The notes under the pieces: model-generated
Told to the model about the DNA's origin: nothing
Seen by the model: only the letters and a program-made list of their open reading frames with translations
The model's database searches: none
Translations under genes and position numbers: made by a program
Assembly: GCA_049644265.1 (NCBI GenBank)
Contig: JBARRO010000005.1
Span: 36,576-100,575 of the forward strand
DNA: 64,000 nucleotides
Reading direction: 5' to 3'
Source: Bacteroidota bacterium
GTDB lineage: Bacteria > Bacteroidota > Ignavibacteria > UBA10030
In this document: in pieces, positions 1-8,197 of the stretch
Layout of the letters: each line of letters starts with the position of its first letter
How positions within the stretch are numbered: position 1 is the first letter of the stretch

Positions 1-1478
1 GGCATCCTGGATATAAGCCGAAGAGCGGTACCCGTTTTGTGACTGGTCGGCGAGGAACGGACGCCCCCCCTGTGTGATATCGATTGCACGATAACGGATG
101 TCCCCTCCCGGTACGCTCGAGTCGGAGAGCGCAGGATTCGTTACTGCAAACGTGAAGAATTCCTTCAACCGGTACACCTCGCCCGCGGCACCGACCTTTA
201 TCTCGTGTGGGGCATCCCGAGATTCAACGCGCGAGGAATACTCCAGCTGAACCCCGTTCTGCACCAGCGACCTCTCGCCGCCGATGAAGAATTTTTCGTT
301 CTCCTGAATTGCCCTCTGCATGTCCGCCGCACCGGCAATCTGCCGCAGCCCACCGCTCGTGATCGTCGCTTTTCCGGATCGCGAATAAAAGAGGGCACTT
401 AGCAGGGACTGAGCGCCTGACTGCATGTTGACCCTTGCGCCAACAAGATAATCGTTCAAACTCTGACGTTGATCCTGCTTGCTGGCAGTGCTGCCGTTCG
501 GGACTTCATAGTCGGTCTTATTCACAGACCCGAGGACGTTGACATCCATGTCGGTGCCGGCGATCGCGTTTAGTTTGCCAAAGAGTGACTGGTTCTTTCC
601 CCGGGAGTGGATCGGGTCGAAACCGCTTACCGGATCGAGATAGCGCTCGGACTCACTCTGGCTTCCCATGGCGTAAAATCCGGCTTGTTCATGGAAGTTT
701 CCGCCCAACTCCACGGTGCCTTCCTTTCCTCCGAACGAACCGAACTGGACCGCTCCCCTCGCAAACAACGGCGTATCGAACCCTGATTTCGACGTAATCG
801 AAACGACGCCCGCGGCGGCAACGCCGTATTCCGGGTTCAGCGCTCCTGTCTGAATATTGACGGACTTAATGAGCTGGGCATGAAGAAGACTGGAATACAC
901 GCGGCTCATGTCAGCCGACACAGGAATGCCGTCGATGATATACTGGATCTGCGCATTTTCACCGCGGATATGGAGCCGTCCGTCTTCATCCGGCACAACC
1001 CCTGCCGTATTGAGAAGGATCGACTCGATTTTCTTCGAGGAAGAAACGGCGGGCAATTGCTCAATGGAGGAGGCGGTGTAAAAGGTGTGGGTGGATGTTT
1101 CGGCCTGGTCGCCTCGGAAGTTCGTAACAACCACTTCCCCCAGCCGATATTCCCGCCGAGCGGTGAGTTGAATCTTCAACGGAACGCTTGAGCGGACACG
1201 AACGGTCTGCTCGGCAACAAGGAGGGAGTCGGAGAATACCTGGACGTCGTACGCCCCGAACGGGACGCCGCGGATCGTGTGCTGTTCATTCGGCTTCACC
1301 GACCGCCCAAGGACAACCGAGCGGCTCGTGATCTCAACGAACCTTACGTCGAGGGATTTTTCGAGGTCCGACGACTGATCCGAGATCGTCATGACGATCG
1401 TCCCTTGCGATTCCTGCGCAATGGAAAAGGAACAGAAAAGCGAAAGTAGAAAGATGGAAAGCGAAACTCGTTGACTCA
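1..1478 (-). CDS. TonB-dependent outer-membrane receptor, N-terminal part only; C-terminus runs off the window edge
   Basis: Minus-strand ATG at 1476-1478. N-terminus MSQRVSLSIFLLSLFCSFSIAQE reads as a signal peptide. It is followed by a carboxypeptidase-regulatory-like beta-sandwich and TonB plug-like motifs (LLNTAGVVPDEDGRLHIRGE...IDGIPV). The frame stays open to position 1. Confidence 0.75.
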
Positions 1479-1705
1479 TTGGACCTTCAATATTGATTCG
1501 GCGTATAGTACTAAACTCAGTGCGCAAAAACAATCACCACGCTTTATCTCTCTCGGCGTTCTCCGCCCGCCAGAGCAAGAACAGTGAGATTTTTCTTGCT
1601 TCTTAACGCCCGAAGCTTAAATTCACAGACAAGCACTCCCCTTCTATCCCTCTCCCCTGCTCCCCTGCTTCATTCCAAATCCCCCTCTGTCTTATCAGTT
1701 TGCAT

Positions 1706-2005
1706 ATGGTCGACAGAGCAACAAAATACATTGACGAACATTACGACGAAATCCAGACAGTCCAGGACGTCGCGGCGGCATTGAAGTGTCCCTACCATTC
1801 CTTGCGAAAGGCGTTTGCGCAGGAGATCGGCATGCCGATGCAGAATTATTTGCACCGGGTGCGAGTGCGGGCGGCAAAAGTTCTCATGAAGAAAAGCACC
1901 CTGAAACTCTACGCCATTGCGCGTCAGGTGGGATATTCGAGCGATAATTCCCTCCGCCGGCACTGGAAGAAATTTTACGGGCGGTGCCCGGGCAGGCGCT
2001 CATGA
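1706..2005 (+). CDS. Stand-alone AraC-family HTH domain protein, about 99 aa, with no sensor domain
   Basis: The translation matches the C-terminal HTH_AraC module of AraC/XylS regulators (...YHSLRKAFAQEIGMPMQNYLHRVRVRAAKVLM...IARQVGYSSDNSLRRHWKKFYG). The first ATG is at 1706; the ORF track begins at TTG 1700. Confidence 0.55.
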   Translation: MVDRATKYIDEHYDEIQTVQDVAAALKCPYHSLRKAFAQEIGMPMQNYLHRVRVRAAKVLMKKSTLKLYAIARQVGYSSDNSLRRHWKKFYGRCPGRRS

Positions 2006-2128
2006 ATTCCTCGGGTCAATTTTGTTTCTCAGCTCTGCTTCTCAACAATCGCCGATGAATATGCTTGATTATTCCGCGCCGGGATGTGATATTCGCAAGT
2101 AGAAACATTGTTCGTCAGGAGGGGGAAG

Positions 2129-2653
2129 TTGCAAAAGAATTTGTTAGCTGGCGTCTTACTACTGGGACTTGTTGTCCTTCCGATATCCGCCGTCTGGATC
2201 CTCCACGGCGAATTCACCAATCGATCCCCCGCACCCGGAACAAGAATCCCGTCCCTCATTCTGTCTACCCGGGATGGAAGTACATTTGCGCTCGGAGATT
2301 TCATCGGAAAGCGTGGACTGATCTTCTTCTTTACGGTAGAATGCTCCCATTGTCGAAAGGAATTCTCAAATCTGACGTCTCTCTACCCGCAGTACGCCAA
2401 AGACCTTCGCTTTTTCTTTGTTTCCCTTAGCGAGGTTGCTGATACCCGGGTTTTTCTCGGAATCAACGAGTCGACGAGGCCGGTGTTCTACTATAATAGT
2501 AGGAATGCGGGAAACGCTATTGATTTGAGCCTTGTCCCCACATTGTATTTGGTTGATGAGGGATTGATTCTTAGGAGCAAATATGTCGGCGAACGATCAC
2601 TGGAAGGGGATAAGCAAATCATTGAGGAGTTCATTCATGACTCCGCACGTTAA
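2129..2653 (+). CDS. Membrane-anchored thioredoxin-fold thiol:disulfide oxidoreductase, TlpA/ResA-like
   Basis: CSHC active-site motif in a redoxin context (FFFTVECSHCRKEF). N-terminal hydrophobic anchor/signal (QKNLLAGVLLLGLVVLPISAVW). Start proposed at TTG 2129, which lies 6 nt after a strong AGGAGGGG Shine-Dalgarno; the track start 2108 is also TTG. Confidence 0.7.
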   Translation: MQKNLLAGVLLLGLVVLPISAVWILHGEFTNRSPAPGTRIPSLILSTRDGSTFALGDFIGKRGLIFFFTVECSHCRKEFSNLTSLYPQYAKDLRFFFVSLSEVADTRVFLGINESTRPVFYYNSRNAGNAIDLSLVPTLYLVDEGLILRSKYVGERSLEGDKQIIEEFIHDSAR

Positions 2654-3185
2654 AGGAAATCTTCCTTCGAAGCCACCGGGAAAAGCCCTTGCACTGATTT
2701 TCGTGGTGGCAGGCTCGGCAGCTCTACTCGCAGCAGCCATTTCGGTAAGGATTGCCACCAAGGAGAACCGAAAAGATTTTATCCTGCAAGAGAGGGCAAA
2801 CACCTGCGGAGTAGCTGCAATGAAGATGGTGCTCGACGCATATGGAATCCATCGGACCATGGCAGACATTGAGAGTGAATTGCGGCCGTCACAAAAAGGT
2901 CTGAGCATGCTTGCCTTAAAGCGTTTCGCGCAGCAAACCGGCCTGTTTGTTCAAGGATGGCGGTTGTCCGCGGAGGAACTGAGCACTATCCCAAAGCCGG
3001 CCGTGCTATTCGTCCAAGGCTCGCATTACTGTATCCTCGATAGCGTCGACCGATCGCAGTATTTCTTCCGGGATCCGGCGTTCGGTGCCATACAAATGAC
3101 TGAGGAAGATCTCCAGAAAGTTTGGAACGGGGAAACTCTCGTTTTCTCAAACACGGTTCAGAACAAATTCGGAGAGGGTTTCTGA
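2637..3185 (+). CDS. Stand-alone peptidase C39-like (bacteriocin-processing papain-fold) domain protein with an N-terminal TM anchor
   Basis: C39 catalytic signature Q-x4-C (QERANTCGVAAMKMVL), a downstream His (GSHYCILD) and a DP motif. N-terminal TM segment ALALIFVVAGSAALLAAAISV. The ATG at 2637 overlaps the upstream stop by 17 nt (ATGACTCCGCACGTTAA), which suggests translational coupling. There is no fused ABC transporter domain. Confidence 0.7.
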   Translation: MTPHVKGNLPSKPPGKALALIFVVAGSAALLAAAISVRIATKENRKDFILQERANTCGVAAMKMVLDAYGIHRTMADIESELRPSQKGLSMLALKRFAQQTGLFVQGWRLSAEELSTIPKPAVLFVQGSHYCILDSVDRSQYFFRDPAFGAIQMTEEDLQKVWNGETLVFSNTVQNKFGEGF

Positions 3186-3235
3186 TGGCCCGCTGAAGAA
3201 TTTGCCCACGGAAACACAGAAGAAGCGGAAGGAGT

Positions 3236-3296
3236 CCACACGCGTCTTTCTTTTCCGTGTGTTTCGCGTGTTTCGTGGTCTCTTGTTTTTGGCGCG
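3236..3296. repeat. Intergenic heptamer-armed repeat element, family copy A
   Basis: ccgtgtgtttcgcgtgtttcgtgg tandem YTTYGTG units, with a complementary cacacgcg segment upstream. Confidence 0.45.
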
Positions 3297-3498
3297 ACAG
3301 TAAGGTCAGAAATATGCTGCGCAACCTGAACTTTTGTGGATCATCACCAAACCTTGCTCGCTGGTCTGTCAATTGACGATGGAAGCCCTGTGTGTGGTCG
3401 GCCCCCACATGCGGAGTGGAAATCCCGATGGGCAGAGGGCTGCAGCGGGCAAGAACATAACTCATCATCATTAACATATAATGGAAAAGGGGGAAGCC

Positions 3499-3783
3499 AT
3501 GAAAAACACAAAGAATCGAATTTGGGTTCTCTGTATTCTCTCCGCTATTCTTGTGAGCGGAGTGAATTTTGCTGCCGCGAAACCGGCCAATGTAGATCTT
3601 GGTCAGAATCGGGTCACGACGGCGATCATGCAGCAAGTCGACCACGGAGCCTTGCTCGGTGATGGAGAGCTCAACGCTGTCGTCGGAGGTGCGACGGGAT
3701 GCGCCAGGTTCTACGGCTGCTATTATTGCTGTCTGGATTTGTGGATCATCGAGATTTGCGTCACGGTTTGTTTTCCGTGGTAA
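3499..3783 (+). CDS. Small Cys-rich secreted peptide precursor with a double-glycine leader motif
   Basis: 95-aa ORF with a strong Shine-Dalgarno (AAGGGGGA) before ATG 3499. The N-terminal segment IWVLCILSAILVSGVNFAAA is signal-peptide-like. The stretch LLGDGELNAVVGG fits the LSxxELxxIxGG leader consensus at positions -12, -8, -7, -4, -2 and -1. The core ATGCARFYGCYYCCLDLWIIEICVTVCFPW is 30 aa with 6 Cys. An alternative ATG at 3628 would give a classical 21-aa leader and a 51-aa precursor. Confidence 0.55.
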   Translation: MKNTKNRIWVLCILSAILVSGVNFAAAKPANVDLGQNRVTTAIMQQVDHGALLGDGELNAVVGGATGCARFYGCYYCCLDLWIIEICVTVCFPW

Positions 3784-3877
3784 ACTGAAGCGAGGAAGCT
3801 CTTCTCGGAGGTTCGGGAAGAGCTTTCTTCTCCTTTTAATCCCACACTATCGAAGAACTTTTTTTTGGAGTATATCC

Positions 3878-4471
3878 ATGGTTCGAGACGCAAGTCGCTT
3901 GAGTGTGGTCCTGGCGCATGTTCTTTTGTTCACAACAAAAACCGCCGGACAAATCCCTTCTGGGGGAAGCGACTTTGGATTCCTTGATCAGGTACACTGG
4001 GGGATGTCGCTCGAGGCGGCTCGGGACTCACTGAACTCGTTTCATCCTTCCCTCGCTCAAAGGCCGATGCCGAATCTTCCGCCTGACGATCCTGATAATC
4101 GCAGCCGTGCTGCCCGCCTGGGACTGCAGGAGACTTCTGACACTGTGTTGGTAGTTCCATTCGATCTCCTCGGTGAAAAAGCAAGGGCAACGTTGTTTTT
4201 CAGCATTGCCGGCAAGAGACTCTGTTCAGCATCGATTGCCGTGCAGGAAGCAACGGATGAATTATTCAGAAAGGTGCTGAAAACCCTCGAACTCCGTCAC
4301 GGACCCCCGTCGGACTATCAGAAGAAACAAGAAACAAAGCTGTTCTTTACATTCGATTTCGAGTTACGGTCATGGAAGACCCAGTCTCAACTCATCGCCT
4401 TGGTGGATGTTCTCCTTAACGCATCCGTCCAAACATTCACGATTGATTACACCAAACTCTTAGAAGAGTGA
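3878..4471 (+). CDS. Hypothetical protein with an N-terminal hydrophobic or signal segment
   Basis: 198-aa ORF from ATG 3878, with GGAG upstream. The track's longer form, 3599, starts at TTG and overlaps the peptide gene. I recognise no family. Confidence 0.5.
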   Translation: MVRDASRLSVVLAHVLLFTTKTAGQIPSGGSDFGFLDQVHWGMSLEAARDSLNSFHPSLAQRPMPNLPPDDPDNRSRAARLGLQETSDTVLVVPFDLLGEKARATLFFSIAGKRLCSASIAVQEATDELFRKVLKTLELRHGPPSDYQKKQETKLFFTFDFELRSWKTQSQLIALVDVLLNASVQTFTIDYTKLLEE

Positions 4472-4540
4472 CTTAGAATCACTCCGCTCAAAGAAGATCT
4501 TTTTCCTGCTGGTCCATGTAATGAGGAAGGGGGATATGTC

Positions 4541-5191
4541 ATGCATGAGATGAGGGGCATCATAACGGCACCCTCCGAAACATTTTCCTTGATTGCCGCT
4601 GATCCGCGATGGAGATTGGCTTCAGTTGTGGTGACGTGTGGTTTAACGGCCCTTGCCTGGATAAAGACGTGCTTCGACAAAGGCTCCCTGTCCTTCGATT
4701 TGATTCTTTGGTGTGTTCTTTTTCTTATCTTATTCACTGTCCTGATACTTGTGACGCTGATTCTCGCTGCGTTTGTTTTTCTCAGTATTCACGCCTTTGT
4801 CCGATCGAACGAGCCGTCGTTTAAAACCATGTTTTCCGTCGTTGTTCACACTGGCATTGTGTTTCTGCTTGGAGAAGTTGCCAACTTAGTGCTCGTCCGT
4901 CTGAACATCCTTGATCCGTCATCGTTTCCTGTCCCCAATCGCTTCCCGATGGGGCTCGACGTCTTTGCAATAGGAACTCACCTCCCTTCCGCGGCGGCAG
5001 TGATCCTCTACAGTTTCAATGTGTTCACACTTTGGTACTTTTCCATCCTGGGACTCGGAGTTTCGGTGGTCACCGGTCTCGGCAAAACAACCTGCCTTGC
5101 GATCGCATCCTCCGCGTGGCTTCTCGGCGTGGTCTTTATCATCTCGTTAGTAGTCGCACTCGGAGGAACGTCGCTCGGGATTAAATTCTGA
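4541..5191 (+). CDS. Hypothetical polytopic membrane protein, Yip1/DUF1282-like topology
   Basis: ATG 4541 is preceded by AGGAAGGGGGA. The protein is 216 aa with about 5 hydrophobic helices. The Yip1 family assignment is tentative. Confidence 0.5.
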   Translation: MHEMRGIITAPSETFSLIAADPRWRLASVVVTCGLTALAWIKTCFDKGSLSFDLILWCVLFLILFTVLILVTLILAAFVFLSIHAFVRSNEPSFKTMFSVVVHTGIVFLLGEVANLVLVRLNILDPSSFPVPNRFPMGLDVFAIGTHLPSAAAVILYSFNVFTLWYFSILGLGVSVVTGLGKTTCLAIASSAWLLGVVFIISLVVALGGTSLGIKF

Positions 5192-5417
5192 TCAATCGGT
5201 CGGAGCCTCATGATACACCGTGTGACTCTACCCTCCCACCTTCTCATGTGACTCTCTCATGCAACAAGTCTTGATTCCCGAGTGGGCTGCGTGCCTGTAA
5301 AGAGCCAGCCCCGAGTTGCTCCTCGTCCCTCTTTTCCGTACCATTCTCGCACCGACTCACCTCCTGAACTGACGACCCCGAACCATCCGTTCGAAACTAT
5401 TTGGCCAATCCCTCACT

Positions 5418-7910
5418 ATGAAGAAACGGAACAAATCCGCCTCGAAAGTCTCTGCTGGCAACTCGAATCCCGGAGTCGCTCTCGCATCCGCGTCTCCTCC
5501 CCGACCGCTTCCCGTCGAGAAACTGCGATGGCAGTGCGACCCGAACTCTCTGGGCGTGAAATCAACTGCCGACATCAAGCCGAGCCGTGAAATCATCGGG
5601 CAGGACCGGGCTCTCCGGGCCTTAAAGGTCGGCCTCGAAATGGCTCATTACGGCTACAACATCTTCGTCACCGGCCTGTCCGGAACCGGTCGCACCACCA
5701 CGATCAAGCGACTCCTCCAGGACTTTGAAAAGAAGCACGTCGACCTGAAAGACCACTGCTATGTCTATAATTTCAAGAACCCCGATATGCCGATGGCAAT
5801 TTCCCTTCCGGCGGGACAGGGAAAGGGCTTGAAGGAAGACATGGAGAATTTCATCAACGAACTCCTGCGGGATATTCCCTCGGTTTATGAAAGCCAGCGA
5901 TACCAACAGGAAAGAAAAACCATGGTCCAGCTGTTTCAGGACCGCCAGAAGAGCGTCCTTCAGGATTTTGAAAAGAGGGTGAAGTCGCAGGGGTTCGACC
6001 TGGTCCAGGTTCAGGTCGGCAACGCCATGCGCCCCGACATCGTACCGGTATTCAACGGAGCTCCGTCTACGATGGATCAGCTCGAGGCCTCCGCGCAAAA
6101 AGGCGAAATTCCGAAGGATCAACTCGAAGCAGCCAAAGAACGTCTGGGCGAGCTGGAAAAGCAAATGTCCACGGTGTTCCGGGAACTGCGGAACATCGAG
6201 AAGAAAGTACAGCGCTCCCTGGAGGAGCTCGAAGAAAAGCTCGTGATGCCGATCGTCGACGCCGCCGTGAAGATCCTGAAAACGACGTACGACAGCCCCA
6301 AAGTACACGCCTACCTCGACGAAATCCGAACGGACGTTCGCGAAAACCTCGAGCGATTCCGGCGTCAATTGGCTCCCCCTTCAACACAGGAGGACGGCGA
6401 AGAAAACGCGGAAGACCAGTTCACGGAATTCCGGGTAAACGTCCTGGTTGACAATTCCGAAACACAACATGTTCCGATTGTGATCGAGACAAACCCGAAA
6501 TACAAGAACGTGTTCGGCACGGTGGACCGTGAACTGGAAAAAGGCGGTGTCTGGCGAACGGATTTCACCCACATCAAGGCCGGGTCACTTCTTCATGCCG
6601 ACGGCGGTTACCTGGTCCTCAACGCTCTCGATACGCTCATCGAACCCGGTGTATGGCAGGATTTGAAGCGAACGTTACGAACTGGAATGGTCGATATTCA
6701 GACCTACGAACCGATGTTCGGGTTTGCACCGTCGGGGATGAAACCGGAACCCATCACCCTGCACCTAAAAGTGATCATGATCGGGGAGACGGATCTCTAC
6801 TTTCTTCTCTACAGCAGGGACGACGATTTCAAGAAGATCTTCAAGATCAGGGCCGACTTCGACGTCGAAATGGTGAAAAACTCCGAAACGGTTTCCAAGT
6901 ACCTGAGCTTTATCAAGATGATTTGCGACGACGAACACCTCATGCCCTTCGCGGCCTCGGCGCTTGCACAAATCGTCGAGTTTGGGGTTCGGCTTGCCGG
7001 CAGGCAGGAAAAGCTTTCTACGCGATTCAACGTCATTGCCGATGTCGCCCGTGAGGCCAATTACTGGGCATCGAAAGCTCAGGCGAAGTCCGTATCCGCC
7101 GAACACGTGGAAAAGGCGATCAAGGAGCGGGAGTACCGGGTGAAATTGGTCGAGGACAAGCTTCAGGAACTGATCGAGGATGGGACCATCATGATCGATA
7201 CCGACGGCGCTGTCGTCGGTCAGGTCAACGGTCTGTCGGTCTATGACGTCGGCGAACATGCATTCGGAAAACCGTCGCGGATCACCGCAAAGACTTCACT
7301 CGGCCGCGCCGGCGTCATCAACATCGAGCGCGATGCGGAACTCAGCGGTCCAACGCACAACAAGGGCGTCGCAATTCTCAGCGGCTTTCTGCGCAGCAGG
7401 TTCGCACAGAACAAACCGCTTATCATGGACGCCAGTATCACGTTTGAACAGTCGTATGGCGGCGTCGACGGCGATAGTGCTTCGTCCACCGAGATCTATG
7501 CGATCCTCTCCAGTCTTGCCGAAATACCGCTCCGGCAGGACATCGCGATAACCGGGTCGGTTAACCAGAAAGGGGAAGTTCAACCGATCGGCGGGGTGAA
7601 CCTGAAGATCGAAGGATTCTTCGATGTCTGCAAAGCGCGCGGATTCACGGGCAGGCAGGGAGTCATCATCCCGCACCAGAACATCAAAGATCTGATGCTC
7701 CGGGAAGAAGTCTACGCGGTGGTCAAACAAAAGAAATTCAATATCTATGCGGTAAAGACCGTCGACGAAGGAATTGAGATTCTCACAGGAACAAAAGCGG
7801 GGAAACAACGATCCAACGGATCGTTTGAGCCGGGTACGGTGAACTTCCTGGCTGACCGAAAACTGTTAAAGTATGCGGAAGAGTGGAAACGCTTCGAAGC
7901 GAGGACTTGA
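5418..7910 (+). CDS. Lon-like ATP-dependent protease family protein, AAA+ plus S16 proteolytic domain, COG1067 type
   Basis: Walker A motif GLSGTGRTT. The C-terminal Lon protease domain carries SYGGVDGDSASSTE...QKGEVQPIGGV. Length is 830 aa. Confidence 0.85.
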   Translation: MKKRNKSASKVSAGNSNPGVALASASPPRPLPVEKLRWQCDPNSLGVKSTADIKPSREIIGQDRALRALKVGLEMAHYGYNIFVTGLSGTGRTTTIKRLLQDFEKKHVDLKDHCYVYNFKNPDMPMAISLPAGQGKGLKEDMENFINELLRDIPSVYESQRYQQERKTMVQLFQDRQKSVLQDFEKRVKSQGFDLVQVQVGNAMRPDIVPVFNGAPSTMDQLEASAQKGEIPKDQLEAAKERLGELEKQMSTVFRELRNIEKKVQRSLEELEEKLVMPIVDAAVKILKTTYDSPKVHAYLDEIRTDVRENLERFRRQLAPPSTQEDGEENAEDQFTEFRVNVLVDNSETQHVPIVIETNPKYKNVFGTVDRELEKGGVWRTDFTHIKAGSLLHADGGYLVLNALDTLIEPGVWQDLKRTLRTGMVDIQTYEPMFGFAPSGMKPEPITLHLKVIMIGETDLYFLLYSRDDDFKKIFKIRADFDVEMVKNSETVSKYLSFIKMICDDEHLMPFAASALAQIVEFGVRLAGRQEKLSTRFNVIADVAREANYWASKAQAKSVSAEHVEKAIKEREYRVKLVEDKLQELIEDGTIMIDTDGAVVGQVNGLSVYDVGEHAFGKPSRITAKTSLGRAGVINIERDAELSGPTHNKGVAILSGFLRSRFAQNKPLIMDASITFEQSYGGVDGDSASSTEIYAILSSLAEIPLRQDIAITGSVNQKGEVQPIGGVNLKIEGFFDVCKARGFTGRQGVIIPHQNIKDLMLREEVYAVVKQKKFNIYAVKTVDEGIEILTGTKAGKQRSNGSFEPGTVNFLADRKLLKYAEEWKRFEART

Positions 7911-7929
7911 GTGGAAGCATTACGCAGAG

Positions 7930-8155
7930 ATAACGGAGAAGAACAGAGGACTCGCAGAAAAGAAGCGTTTTTTTGGTTAGTTACTTTAGAAAACAAAAAA
8001 ACGTGACCTCTGTGTTCACCGCGGCTTCTGTGAAATGCTCCCGGAGAGTGCAGAGAAAAGAACCATCCTACAATCTCCTGGTCCTAAACCTCTGTGATCT
8101 CTGCTGTTCCCTGTGTCCTCTGTGAAATGCTTTTAAACCGGAATAGTCGTATCTT
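7930..8155. repeat. Intergenic heptamer-armed repeat element, family copy B (composite)
   Basis: The left arm is cacagag-type, in reverse-complement orientation (gcagagataacggagaagaacagaggactcgcagaaaag). Then comes an A-run (aaaacaaaaaaacg). The right arms are cctctgtgttcac...cttctgtgaaatgc and cctctgtgatctctgctgttccctgtgtcctctgtgaaatgc. Confidence 0.5.
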
Positions 8156-8197
8156 TTTGCGGTAGGTTTTCCAAGAAAAGACCGAAAGGGCAATCTC

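Noticed and set aside
2583-2636. Upstream ATG start for the C39 peptidase gene
   Set aside because: It would create a 70-nt overlap with the thioredoxin gene. ATG 2637 gives the common ATG…TAA coupling arrangement and keeps the N-terminal TM anchor.
3599-4471. Long 290-aa form of the hypothetical protein, and the GTG ORF 3336..3662
   Set aside because: Both start at non-ATG codons and overlap the better-supported peptide gene in other frames. ATG 3878 with GGAG upstream gives a clean 198-aa protein.
5418-7910. BrxL-like Lon protease as part of a BREX/phage-defence island
   Set aside because: No PglZ, PglX-methyltransferase, BrxA/B/C or other defence-system partners are in the flanks. The neighbours are a channel, an outer-membrane protein and the peptide locus.
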